Assembly: GCA_050251775.1 (NCBI GenBank) | Contig: JBFWMD010000009.1 | Location: 6,647-70,646, forward strand | Direction: 5' to 3' | From: Desulfovibrio sp. | GTDB taxonomy: Bacteria > Desulfobacterota > Desulfovibrionia > Desulfovibrionales > Desulfovibrionaceae | Length of the DNA stretch: 64,000 bases | The notes under the pieces: model-generated | Seen by the model: the letters and a program-made list of their open reading frames with translations, nothing else | What the model was told of the DNA's origin: nothing | Database searches by the model: none | Translations under genes and position numbers: made by a program | Shown: in pieces, positions 9,414 to 19,655 of the stretch | Numbering within the stretch: position 1 is the first letter of the stretch | Layout: every line of letters begins with the position of its first letter

Positions 9414-10277
9414 CTATCTCCAGGCAGCGGCGTGCTCCCGGGCAAAGGCCGCGAAGCTCATGGCCGGGCGGCCCAGCATGTGCTCCACCGCCTTGGTGGC
9501 GAAGGAGGTGTAGCCGTTGCGCGCGTAGCGGTGGACGCTGAGGATCATGTGGACGCACCACTCGGACAGGCCCGTTCCTTCCAGGAACATGCCCATCTCC
9601 TCGATGTCCCCTTCGCGATAGGCGATCTCGCGACCGCTCGCGTCCGAAAGAATCTCCGCGACCTGATAGTTGTCCAGGGCCTCTGGCCCGGTGACCATCA
9701 GGATCGTGCCCACGAACTCGTCGGGCCGGAGCAGGGCCTCGGCCGCGCAGGCCCCCACATCGCGGGCGTCCACAAAGCTGCTGCGTCCCTTACCCTCGGG
9801 CACGGGCAGCACCCCGGTCTCCCGGAGCAGCGGCCCCAGGGCCAGATAGTTCTGCATGAAGGTGCAGGGCCGCAAAACCACGTGGGGAATGCCCGAAGCC
9901 TCGATCTCGGCGTCCACGCCACCGTGCAGCTTGCCGAGCTGGTAATGGGCGTTGGCGTCCGCACCCATGCTGGAGGAACGCACGATCAGGGACACGCCCG
10001 CCTCGCGCGCGGCATGCACCAACCCCGAGCCCCAGCGGCGCATCTCCTCGTGCAGCGGCAGGATGAAAAAGAGCCGTTCCACGCCTTCCAGGGCCTGGGC
10101 CATACTCTCCGGGTCGGCCAGGTCCATGTGCCGGACCTCGGCCCCGGCCGCGCGCAGCGCATCGGCCCCGGCCGGGTCATGCACGGCCGCGACCACGTCC
10201 GCGCCCTTGTCCAGCAGCGCCTTCAGCGCGGCGCCGCCCACATTGCCCGTGGCTCCGGTAACCAGAATCCTGCCCAT
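9414..10277 (-). CDS. NmrA-like / NAD(P)-binding SDR family protein
   Basis: N-terminal Rossmann motif ILVTGATGNVGG. Length and layout are typical of the NmrA family. Confidence 0.85.
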   Translation of the reverse strand: MGRILVTGATGNVGGAALKALLDKGADVVAAVHDPAGADALRAAGAEVRHMDLADPESMAQALEGVERLFFILPLHEEMRRWGSGLVHAAREAGVSLIVRSSSMGADANAHYQLGKLHGGVDAEIEASGIPHVVLRPCTFMQNYLALGPLLRETGVLPVPEGKGRSSFVDARDVGACAAEALLRPDEFVGTILMVTGPEALDNYQVAEILSDASGREIAYREGDIEEMGMFLEGTGLSEWCVHMILSVHRYARNGYTSFATKAVEHMLGRPAMSFAAFAREHAAAWR

Positions 10278-10286
10278 CCTTCCTCC

Positions 10287-10799
10287 TCAGCTCATGAATA
10301 TCGACACCAGCACGGCCAGGGCGCAGAGCGTCGCAGCGGCGAAAATCGCCAGACGCAGCCAGACCCGACCCGCGGACTCGCTGATCCAGGCCGTTTCGGA
10401 CGGATCGTCCGGGTTGACCCTGACCATGACCAATTTTTCCAATAGACGCCGGCGCGCCTGGGCAATGGCGTTCTCCAGGACCTGCGGATCGGGTTCTCCG
10501 CCGCCGCCGGGAACGTCCGCCTCCAGCCGCGCGCTGGATCGCAGGACCTGGCCCGCGACCTCGTACTCATATTCGATGATGAAATCCCAGGACGCGGCCT
10601 TGGTGAAATACCAGCCGCGATAATCGTGGCTCTCCACCTCGCTGGAGAGCACCCGGACCTCGGTCACGGGCCAGGAAAGCAGCGCCTTCCGGCGGCGCAG
10701 CCCGGTCCAGGTCACAAAGCACCCGAACCCGGCTCCCAGGAGCACGGGCACGAAGAGCAGCAGCAGGCTGAAGCGGAACAGTCCCTCGTGTATCGGCAC
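10287..10799 (-). CDS. DUF3592-like membrane protein
   Basis: TM helices at both ends flank a beta-rich central domain (WPVTEVRVLSSEVE...YEYEVAG), the pattern typical of DUF3592. Confidence 0.55.
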   Translation of the reverse strand: MPIHEGLFRFSLLLLFVPVLLGAGFGCFVTWTGLRRRKALLSWPVTEVRVLSSEVESHDYRGWYFTKAASWDFIIEYEYEVAGQVLRSSARLEADVPGGGGEPDPQVLENAIAQARRRLLEKLVMVRVNPDDPSETAWISESAGRVWLRLAIFAAATLCALAVLVSIFMS

Positions 10800-10805
10800 G
10801 CGCGC

Positions 10806-11678
10806 TTACCAGGTCTCAATGCCCTGGTGCAGCTTGTAGGCACGCAGGGTGTTCTTCAGCAGCATGGCGATGGTCATCAGCCCGACCCCGCCCGGCACGG
10901 GCGTGATGGCCGAGGCCTTTTCCTTTGCGGCCTCGAAGTCCACGTCGCCGCAGAGCCCGGCCTCGGTGCGGTTCATGCCCACATCCACCACCACCGCGCC
11001 CGGACGGATCATCTCGCCCGTGATCATCCGGGGCACGCCCACGGCCGCGATGAGAATTTCCGCGTCCAGGCACTCCTTTTTCAGGTCCGCAGTGCGCGTG
11101 TGGCAGACCGTGACCGTGGCGTTGCCGCCCTTGCCGCCCTGCATCAGCAGCAGGGCCAGGGGCTTGCCCACGATGTTGGAGCGGCCCACAATGACCGCTT
11201 TTTTTCCGGAGGGGTCGATGCCATAGCGGCCAAGCAGTTCGATGACCCCGGCCGGAGTGCAGGACCGGAACCCAGGCAGGCCCAGGGCCAGCCGCCCCAC
11301 GTTCATGGGATGGAACCCGTCCACGTCCTTGTCCGGGTCGATGCGGTCCAGAAGCTTCTGGGAGTCGAGCCCCTTGGGCAGGGGCAGTTGCAGCAGGATG
11401 CCGTCCACGGTGTCATCCGCGTTCAACGCGTCGATGAGCGCCTCCAACTCCTCCTGGGCCGTGTCCGCCGGAAGCCGGTGCGCCACGGAGGCCACCCCGG
11501 CCTCGGCGCAGGCGCGCTCCTTGTTGCGCACATAGACCTGGGAGCCCGGATCCTCGCCTACGAGGATCACGGTCAGCCCCGGGGCCCGGCCCTGCTGTTT
11601 CGTGAGCTCGGCCACCTCGGCCGCCACTTCCTCGCGGATTGCCGCCGCGGTCTTCTTGCCGTCGAGAATCGTCGTCAT
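10806..11678 (-). CDS. folD: bifunctional methylenetetrahydrofolate dehydrogenase / methenyl-THF cyclohydrolase
   Basis: Internal Met MTTILDGKKTAAAIREE. Conserved VILVGEDPGSQVYV, GRSNIVGKP and TPVPGGVGLMT segments. Confidence 0.95.
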   Translation of the reverse strand: MTTILDGKKTAAAIREEVAAEVAELTKQQGRAPGLTVILVGEDPGSQVYVRNKERACAEAGVASVAHRLPADTAQEELEALIDALNADDTVDGILLQLPLPKGLDSQKLLDRIDPDKDVDGFHPMNVGRLALGLPGFRSCTPAGVIELLGRYGIDPSGKKAVIVGRSNIVGKPLALLLMQGGKGGNATVTVCHTRTADLKKECLDAEILIAAVGVPRMITGEMIRPGAVVVDVGMNRTEAGLCGDVDFEAAKEKASAITPVPGGVGLMTIAMLLKNTLRAYKLHQGIETW

Positions 11679-11754
11679 GCTTTTCCTCTGCAACTGCTCA
11701 GGCTCAAAACAAAACGGGGACGCCGTCCGGCGTCCCCGCAAATGACCGGTTCGC

Positions 11755-13065
<1,311 letters not shown>

Positions 13066-13214
13066 TCAAAAGGTTGAGTGCGTTTGTGTCGCAAGGAGAG
13101 TAACCCATTTCCTTCAGGCCCTCAAACCGCCGCAAGGGGATTGATGCGATTTTTTTCTGACGCGGGAATTTTCCACCTCTTTTCAAACCAGCCCGACTGG
13201 ACTACTACCTGACC

Positions 13215-14033
13215 ATGCGCCCCCCGCACCGCATCTTCGGCATCGCGCTCTGCGCCTTGATACTCCAAACTCTGCTGCTCTGCCCTTCGCCCGCCACGGC
13301 GGAGGATTCCGGCCAAGAGCTCCGCATGATCTTCACCAGCAGCGGGTACATGCCCTTCTATTCCGACACTGCGGGGGCCACGGCCCTGGACTACGACGGC
13401 GCGGGCATGCTTGTGGATCTGCTCCGGATTTTTGAAAACGCGCACCCCGAATACGAATTCCGCCACCTGCGCCTGCCGCGCTCCCGGGCCAATGCCTGGT
13501 TCCGCCAGGGACAGGCCGATATCTATGTGCTCCAGAGCGACTTCTTTGCGGGGATCGCCGCCGAGCATTACGCCTTTTCCATACCGCTCTGGCACACGGC
13601 GGATCTGGTCTACACGCTCCAGGGCAGCACGCTGCGCTACTCGTGCCCCGACGACCTGTGCGGCGTTCCCACGGGGATCATCTGCGGCTACGGATACGGC
13701 CCCCTGGATCCCCTGCTGCGCGCAGGCGACATTCCGAGCACCTGCGTGGGCACGGACCGCCAGCTCTACCGCCTGCTGCTCGACGGTCGCGTCCAGGCCA
13801 TCGTGGCCAACCGGCATGTGCTCTCGTATTCCATGTACCGCTATGGGCTGAACCCCCTGCGGGTGCGGGCCGCCGGGCCGCCGGTCTACGAGTTCGACCT
13901 TTCGGTGATGGTCCGCAAGGACCGCCCGGAAATTCTGGACGCCTTGAACGCCTTTATCCGCGAATCCCGCGAAAGTGGCCTGATGGACGACATCGCCCGG
14001 CGCTGGCTCGGAGCCGATGGTTTTAAGCCCTGA
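13215..14033 (+). CDS. periplasmic solute-binding protein (family 3 / PBPb-like)
   Basis: Signal peptide ending PATAED. About 270 aa with the two-lobed SBP pattern. No adjacent permease or ATPase. Confidence 0.65.
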   Translation: MRPPHRIFGIALCALILQTLLLCPSPATAEDSGQELRMIFTSSGYMPFYSDTAGATALDYDGAGMLVDLLRIFENAHPEYEFRHLRLPRSRANAWFRQGQADIYVLQSDFFAGIAAEHYAFSIPLWHTADLVYTLQGSTLRYSCPDDLCGVPTGIICGYGYGPLDPLLRAGDIPSTCVGTDRQLYRLLLDGRVQAIVANRHVLSYSMYRYGLNPLRVRAAGPPVYEFDLSVMVRKDRPEILDALNAFIRESRESGLMDDIARRWLGADGFKP

Positions 14034-14058
14034 ACGTTTGACCGCAACAGAGCGGGAA

Positions 14059-14829
14059 TCAGGCAAAAGCCGCCAGCCGCAGACCTTCGAGCACCAGATC
14101 GGCCCGGATTTCGTGAATGGCCGGGCAGACTGGCGCGATGATCTCGGCGTAGCCGCCCGTGGCCAGCACCCGGGCCGGGCCGCCCAGGGGCGTTTCCAGC
14201 CGGGCCACCAATCCCTCCACCATGGCCGCGAAGCCGTAGACCACGCCCTGGTTCAGGCTGTCCATGGTGCTCACCCCGATGCGCAGGCCCGTGGGATCCA
14301 CTTCCAGGCTCGGACGCGGCAGCTGGGCCGTGTCCTCGGTGAAGGAACGGATGGAGGAGCGCACGCCCGGACAGATCAGTCCGCCCAGGTAGGCCCCGCC
14401 GCGCACGCAGTCAAAGGTCGTGGCCGTGCCGAAATCGAGCACGATGATCCGCTCCGCGTCGCAGGTCCGGCGCGCGGCAAAGGCCACGGTGAGCCGGTCC
14501 GCGCCCACCTCCTCGGGCCGGGCATAGCGGTTTTCGATGTTGAGGGGCAGTTCACGGGGCACAAGCAGACAGCGCAGGCCCAGGCTCCGGGCCACTTCCC
14601 GCAGATCCTTCTCGCGCCGGGGAACCACCGAGGCCGCCACAAGCCGCCCCGACTCCCCGGCCGCGCATCCGGCATCCGCCAGCGCGCTCTTTGCCGCCGC
14701 CAGCCACGCTTCCGGAGCATGAGAAGCCACCACGTGGGTCCGCGCCCCGAGAAGGCCCCGCAGGCCCGCAACGCGAAACTTTACCGTGGTATTGCCCAGG
14801 TCGGCCAGCAGAACCGTTTCGTTCACCAT
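14059..14829 (-). CDS. coaX: type III pantothenate kinase
   Basis: LLADLGNTTVKF, VGADRL, VLDFGTATTFD and ATGGYA motifs. Confidence 0.9.
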   Translation of the reverse strand: MVNETVLLADLGNTTVKFRVAGLRGLLGARTHVVASHAPEAWLAAAKSALADAGCAAGESGRLVAASVVPRREKDLREVARSLGLRCLLVPRELPLNIENRYARPEEVGADRLTVAFAARRTCDAERIIVLDFGTATTFDCVRGGAYLGGLICPGVRSSIRSFTEDTAQLPRPSLEVDPTGLRIGVSTMDSLNQGVVYGFAAMVEGLVARLETPLGGPARVLATGGYAEIIAPVCPAIHEIRADLVLEGLRLAAFA

Positions 14830-14941
14830 TCTTCTCCCCTGATTCGTGATCCCTTTCGCGCCATTGCCCGGCCAGAGACTACCCTCCCGCTCCGAAAAGG
14901 CAAGCGCGCGTTATTATCCCCTCCTATCAAGCAGAAATTCA

Positions 14942-14974
14942 TCACAATTGTCATCCTCCCCAGTTGCCATGGCA
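14942..14974. promoter_or_regulatory. two short palindromes in the coaX / cydA-like divergent promoter region (candidate operators)
   Basis: TCACAATTGTCA (14942-14953, 10/12 symmetric) and the perfect 10-mer TGCCATGGCA (14965-14974), 60-95 nt upstream of the ATG at 15037. Confidence 0.25.
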
Positions 14975-15036
14975 TGACGGCTGGGATATGCAGCCAGAGA
15001 TAGGGAGTCCCTGCACAACAGAGAGGAGAGAGCCGA

Positions 15037-16089
15037 ATGGACCCGACAACGTTGATCCCCATGGTGGACCCGATCCCGATTCCGGGGCCGTGGTTCGATG
15101 TTCTGCTTGTGGCCACCTTCGTGGCCCACATCCTGTTCATGAACGTGGCCGTGGGCTGTGCGGCCATCAGCCTCACCGGCCATTTCAACACTTCCGGGGA
15201 AGGGCTTTCCCGCACGCTTTCAAAGCGCATGCCCACCATCCTGGCCCTGACCATCAACCTGGGAGTGGCCCCGCTGCTCTTCCTCCAGGTGGTCTACGGC
15301 CAGTTCGACTACACCAGTTCCGTGCTCATGGCCGGCTACTGGCTGGCGGTCGTCGGACTGCTTCTGGCCGCCTACTATGGCCTGTACATCTACGATTTCA
15401 AATTCGAGGCCCTGGGCAAGGGCCGGGTCCTCTTGCTGCTCGCCAGCCTGGGCATGATGCTCTGGATCGGGTTCATGTTCTCCAACAACATGACCCTGAT
15501 GCTCCGGCCCGAAAAGTGGCTGGACTACTTCAAACTTGAGGGCGCGTCCTTCCTGAACCTGGACGACAGGAGCATCTATCCCCGTTACCTGCACTTCATG
15601 GTCGCGTCCCTGGCCGTGGGCGGCCTCTTTGTGGCGCTCTCGGGCCACTTCGCCAAGGACGGCGCGCGCGTCGCCACGGGCATGAAATGGTTCTTCCGCG
15701 CCACCCTGGTCAACCTTCTGGTGGGTGTCTGGTTCCTGATGTCCCTGCCGCAGCCGATCATGCTCAAGTTCATGGGCGCAAGCCCCCTGGCCACGGCTTT
15801 GCTGCTCGCGGGCCTTGCCGGGGCGCTCGGCCTGGTCTGGGCCGGGTTGCGCCAAAAGCCCCTGGCCGCCGCGGTGCTCACCGTGCTCACCGTGGTCTTC
15901 ATGGCCATCACCCGGCACAACCTCCGGGCCTTTTACCTGGATCCCTGGTTCAAGTCCTCGGAACTGCCCATCACCGGAGAGTACTCCACACTGATGCTCT
16001 TCCTGTTCTTCCTGGCCGTGGGCCTGCCCTGCGTGGTCTGGATGATCCGCATCTACATCCGGCCCGAGAACGCTGAAGGAGACGTGTAA
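15037..16089 (+). CDS. polytopic membrane protein, CydA-like (cytochrome bd subunit-I-like) partner subunit
   Basis: 350 aa with ~8-9 TM helices. The TM1 His motif ATFVAHILFMNVAVG resembles CydA LTAMYHFLFVPLTLG. The stop overlaps the next start (TAATG). Confidence 0.6.
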   Translation: MDPTTLIPMVDPIPIPGPWFDVLLVATFVAHILFMNVAVGCAAISLTGHFNTSGEGLSRTLSKRMPTILALTINLGVAPLLFLQVVYGQFDYTSSVLMAGYWLAVVGLLLAAYYGLYIYDFKFEALGKGRVLLLLASLGMMLWIGFMFSNNMTLMLRPEKWLDYFKLEGASFLNLDDRSIYPRYLHFMVASLAVGGLFVALSGHFAKDGARVATGMKWFFRATLVNLLVGVWFLMSLPQPIMLKFMGASPLATALLLAGLAGALGLVWAGLRQKPLAAAVLTVLTVVFMAITRHNLRAFYLDPWFKSSELPITGEYSTLMLFLFFLAVGLPCVVWMIRIYIRPENAEGDV

Positions 16090-18701
16090 TGGAATATCCC
16101 ATCTGGCAACTCACGACCCTGGGTGGCGGTTTCTGGATCGCCCTGATCGCCACCGTACACGTCTATGTGGCCCAGTTCGCCGTGGGCGGCGGTCTGTTCC
16201 TGGTGCTCACCGAGCGCTACGCCTACCGGCAAAATTCTCCGGACATCCTCGAATACGTCCGCAAGCATTCCAAATTCTTCCTGCTGCTGACCATGGTCTT
16301 CGGCGGAGTCACGGGCGTGGGCATCTGGTTCACCATCGCCCTGCTCTCGCCCCAGGCCACCATCACGCTCATCCACCACTTCGTCTTTGGCTGGGCCTCG
16401 GAATGGGTCTGCTTCCTGGGCGAGATCGTGGCCCTTCTGGTCTATTTCTACGGCTGGAAACGCCTTTCCCGCGAACAGCACATGGCCGTGGGCTGGCTCT
16501 ACTTCATCTTTGCCTGGCTCTCGCTCTTCCTGGTCAACGGCATCATCGGCTACATGCTCACGCCGGGCGACTGGACCCAGACCGAGCGCTTCTGGGACGG
16601 GTTCTTCAACCCCTCGTTCTGGCCGTCCCTCGTGTTCCGCAGCTTCCTCTCCTTCATGATCGCGGGCCTGTTCGGCTTTCTCACGGCCACGCGCATCCAG
16701 GACGAGGAGGCCCGCACCCGCATGGTGCGCGTCTGTGCCCTCTGGACCCTGGCCCCGTTCGCCCTCTTCCTGCTCTCGGGCTGGTGGTACGTGGCCGCGC
16801 TGCCCGAACCTCAGCACACCCTGATGGTGGCCAAATCGCACCGCGTTTCCGTATTCTTCCACTACTTCTGGGCCTTCTCGCCCCTGGTGGTCCTGGGCGG
16901 ACTGCTCATGGCCGTGCGCCTGCCACGCTCCATCTCGTTCCCGGCGGCCTTTGTCATCCTGGCCCTGGGTCTGGGCCTGGCCGGTTCCTTCGAGTTCATC
17001 CGCGAGGCGGGCCGCAAGCCCTATCTGATCTGGGACGAAATCTACTCCAACTCCATCCTGCGGGTGGAAGCCCAGAGCATTAACGACACCGGAGCCATTG
17101 CCCGCTCCAAATGGGCACCGCCGGGCCTCGACCCCGTGGCCGCCCCCCTGGAGGCAGGCAAATTCCTCTTCCAGCTGGAATGCGCGAGCTGCCATTCCAT
17201 TGCCGGACCCATGAACGACATCCTGCCGCGCACGGCCAAGTTCTCGCTCACGGGCATGGACGCCATGCTCGACGGCCTGGGCAAGGTCAATCGCTATATG
17301 CCTCCCTTCCTGGGCACACTCGACGAGCGCAAGGCCCTGGCCGCGTATCTCGTCGAGGGGTTGCACGGCAGAATCGGCGAGGAAAACCTGCCCTTCGAGG
17401 AAGTGGACCTGCCCCTGGACATCCCGGTCAAGAACGACGAATACGTGCTCCTGGCCTGGAACAATCTGGGCATGCACTGCATCTCCGACTCGGACCGCAA
17501 CTGGGTGCTGCTGCCCCCGGCCAACGACCTCTTCGCCCAGCTCGTGAAGCGCGGCGACCCGCCGACCCTGGTCACGGAAGGCGTGACCCTGAGCTACCAG
17601 GTCCAGTCGGAATTCGCGGACGCCGCAGCCCATTCGGAATTCTGGGACTACGCCCAGGCCATCTTCGGCCTGCCCGCGCCCCTGGAGAGAAACGTGGGCC
17701 TCGCGGGCAACGGACTCTCCGGCGAGATGAAGCCGGAGCAGGAGGCGGGCTGGTACGAGGCCAAGCTTGTGCCGGTCGTGCCCTACCCCGACGACATGGA
17801 CTACAACCCCTACCCGCTCTTCACCATCCAGGCGCACGACACCTCGGGCAAGCTCCTGGCCGAGACGCGCATCGTGGCCCCCACCTCCACGGAAATGGGC
17901 TGCAAGAACTGCCACGGCGGCCCCTGGAAGGTGGGCGGACTCGCGGGCATCTCCAACGAGACGGGCCGCGACGTGATCAGCGTGCACGACCGCATGAACG
18001 GCACGGATCTGGTCAAGCGCGCCGAATCCGGCAAGCCCGTGCTCTGCCAGAGTTGCCACCCCGACCCGGTGCTCGGGGCCAAGGGCAATCCGGAACTGCT
18101 GAACCTGCCTGCGGCCCTGCATGGCCTGCACGCCCAATACCTCACAAACCGGGGAGCCGAGGCCTGCGCCTATTGCCACCCGAACCGCGACAATGGACCG
18201 ACCCGCTGCCTGCGTGGCCGCCACGCCGACTTCGCCACCTGCACGGACTGCCACGGCGCCATGGAAGACCACGCCATCTCCCTGCTCAAGGCCGAGGAGG
18301 GCAAGAAGGGCCGCGATCTGCTGCTCAGCCAGATCAAGCCCCGCAGCGTCAAGCTCGTGGACGACATCACCGGTCGCACCCCCTGGCTGAACGAACCCGA
18401 CTGCCTGAACTGCCACGTGGGCTTCGCGGATCCCGGCCTGGACGCTTTCAACAAGTGGACCGAGGGAGGCGACAAGCTCTACCGCAACCGCCACGACGAC
18501 ATGGGCGTCATTGCCTGCGCGGGCTGCCACAACAGCCCCCACGCGGTTTACCCCGCGCGCAACAGCTACGGCGCGGACCGCGACAACATCCCGCCGCTCC
18601 AGTTCCAGGGCGAGGCCGGAACCATGGGCACGGGCGGCGGCTGCATCTGCCATACCGTGAAGCCGGACTTTGGCGCGCACCACGAGAACCAACTGCAATA
18701 G
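16089..18701 (+). CDS. CydA-like membrane domain fused to a multihaem c-type cytochrome domain (7 CXXCH)
   Basis: The N-terminal ~330 aa align by eye to E. coli CydA helices 1-5 (ATVHVYV, GGVTGVGIWF, ASEWVCFLGEIV, YFYGWKRLSREQHM). CXXCH motifs start at aa 365, 605, 653, 693, 718, 772 and 810, and a CICH lies at aa 852. Confidence 0.8.
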   Translation: MEYPIWQLTTLGGGFWIALIATVHVYVAQFAVGGGLFLVLTERYAYRQNSPDILEYVRKHSKFFLLLTMVFGGVTGVGIWFTIALLSPQATITLIHHFVFGWASEWVCFLGEIVALLVYFYGWKRLSREQHMAVGWLYFIFAWLSLFLVNGIIGYMLTPGDWTQTERFWDGFFNPSFWPSLVFRSFLSFMIAGLFGFLTATRIQDEEARTRMVRVCALWTLAPFALFLLSGWWYVAALPEPQHTLMVAKSHRVSVFFHYFWAFSPLVVLGGLLMAVRLPRSISFPAAFVILALGLGLAGSFEFIREAGRKPYLIWDEIYSNSILRVEAQSINDTGAIARSKWAPPGLDPVAAPLEAGKFLFQLECASCHSIAGPMNDILPRTAKFSLTGMDAMLDGLGKVNRYMPPFLGTLDERKALAAYLVEGLHGRIGEENLPFEEVDLPLDIPVKNDEYVLLAWNNLGMHCISDSDRNWVLLPPANDLFAQLVKRGDPPTLVTEGVTLSYQVQSEFADAAAHSEFWDYAQAIFGLPAPLERNVGLAGNGLSGEMKPEQEAGWYEAKLVPVVPYPDDMDYNPYPLFTIQAHDTSGKLLAETRIVAPTSTEMGCKNCHGGPWKVGGLAGISNETGRDVISVHDRMNGTDLVKRAESGKPVLCQSCHPDPVLGAKGNPELLNLPAALHGLHAQYLTNRGAEACAYCHPNRDNGPTRCLRGRHADFATCTDCHGAMEDHAISLLKAEEGKKGRDLLLSQIKPRSVKLVDDITGRTPWLNEPDCLNCHVGFADPGLDAFNKWTEGGDKLYRNRHDDMGVIACAGCHNSPHAVYPARNSYGADRDNIPPLQFQGEAGTMGTGGGCICHTVKPDFGAHHENQLQ

Positions 18702-18827
18702 ACCGCAATAAGCCGCGACGGACCACAACGAAACCGCAACGACCATCCGTAACCCACAACGAAACAACGATGAAACCCGAGGGGGGCCGCAAGGCCTCCC
18801 TCTTCGTCTCCCACCCCCGGACGCGAA

Positions 18828-18871
18828 AAGGCCGGTGCGGAAAGAATCCGCACCGGCCTTGCTCGTTTTTT
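18828..18871 (+). terminator. rho-independent terminator (bidirectional position between convergent genes)
   Basis: 14-bp perfect stem AAGGCCGGTGCGGA / TCCGCACCGGCCTT, followed by GCTCGTTTTTT. Confidence 0.75.
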
Positions 18872-18882
18872 CCAAGGGCGCG

Positions 18883-19479
18883 CTACTGGGCGTCCAGTAT
18901 CTCGACCACAGCCGCGCCGAACTTTTTGGCCGCTTTGGGGCCGTTGCCCGTGACCAGCTTGCCGTCCACGACCACACTGCCTTTCTTGTAGTCGCAGCCG
19001 TTTTCCTTGAGAATCGCCGGGCCGGACCAGCTGTCCGCCACAGTGGCCTGCCGCCCCTGCAGCACGCCCGCCTTGGCCAGGGCCACGGGGGAGTAGCAAA
19101 TGGCCCCGAGGACCTTGCCCTGCTCCATGGCCTCGCGGGCGATGCGCTGGGCCTCGGGCCGCTCCACCAACGTGCGCGAGCCCTTGCCCCCGATGAAGAC
19201 CACGGCGTCATAGTCGGCCACGTTCACCTCGGCCAGGGTCAGGTCCACCTCGACTTTTTTGCCGTTCTGGCCTTTGGCCGTGCCCATTTCCGCGGCGGCC
19301 ACGGAAACGATCACGCCCGCATCGTCCAGTTTGGCGCGCGTGTCTTTGTATTCGGTGTCTTCAAAACCGTTGTAGGTGACGACCATCACGGCCTTCTTGC
19401 CCTGGGTTTCCGCCAGGGCCGGCAAGGAGCAGACAAAGCAGAGCAGGAACAGGAACAGACAGGACAGCATTCGCTTCAT
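18883..19479 (-). CDS. DJ-1/PfpI family protein with signal peptide
   Basis: Internal Met MKRMLSCLFLFLLCFVCSLPALA follows GGAGAC. Nucleophile-elbow-like GAICYSP. Confidence 0.85.
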   Translation of the reverse strand: MKRMLSCLFLFLLCFVCSLPALAETQGKKAVMVVTYNGFEDTEYKDTRAKLDDAGVIVSVAAAEMGTAKGQNGKKVEVDLTLAEVNVADYDAVVFIGGKGSRTLVERPEAQRIAREAMEQGKVLGAICYSPVALAKAGVLQGRQATVADSWSGPAILKENGCDYKKGSVVVDGKLVTGNGPKAAKKFGAAVVEILDAQ

Positions 19480-19655
19480 GGTGGGGTCTCCTTGTTGCGT
19501 CCGCATCGGACAATGCAAAAAAAGTTTCCGGCTTCGTTAGCAGCACACAACAGAAAATTCAATCTTTCTTGAGCCTGGGCGCAGCGCTTCCTTCCCGCCG
19601 TTTTTTTGCGTATCCTGCCGAATCACATCACAACCGACAGGAGACGAACAGGCTC

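Noticed and set aside
18702-18800. Repeated ACAACGAAAC words after the cytochrome gene
   Set aside because: There are only two short copies in a 3' untranslated stretch, with no array structure. They are too short to distinguish from chance.
16053-19211. 1052-aa ORF on the minus strand
   Set aside because: It is antisense to the CydA-like/multihaem gene and the DJ-1 gene. The composition is Ala/Arg/Gly/His-rich and typical of shadow ORFs in high-GC DNA. It has no recognisable motifs, whereas the plus-strand genes have clear family signatures.
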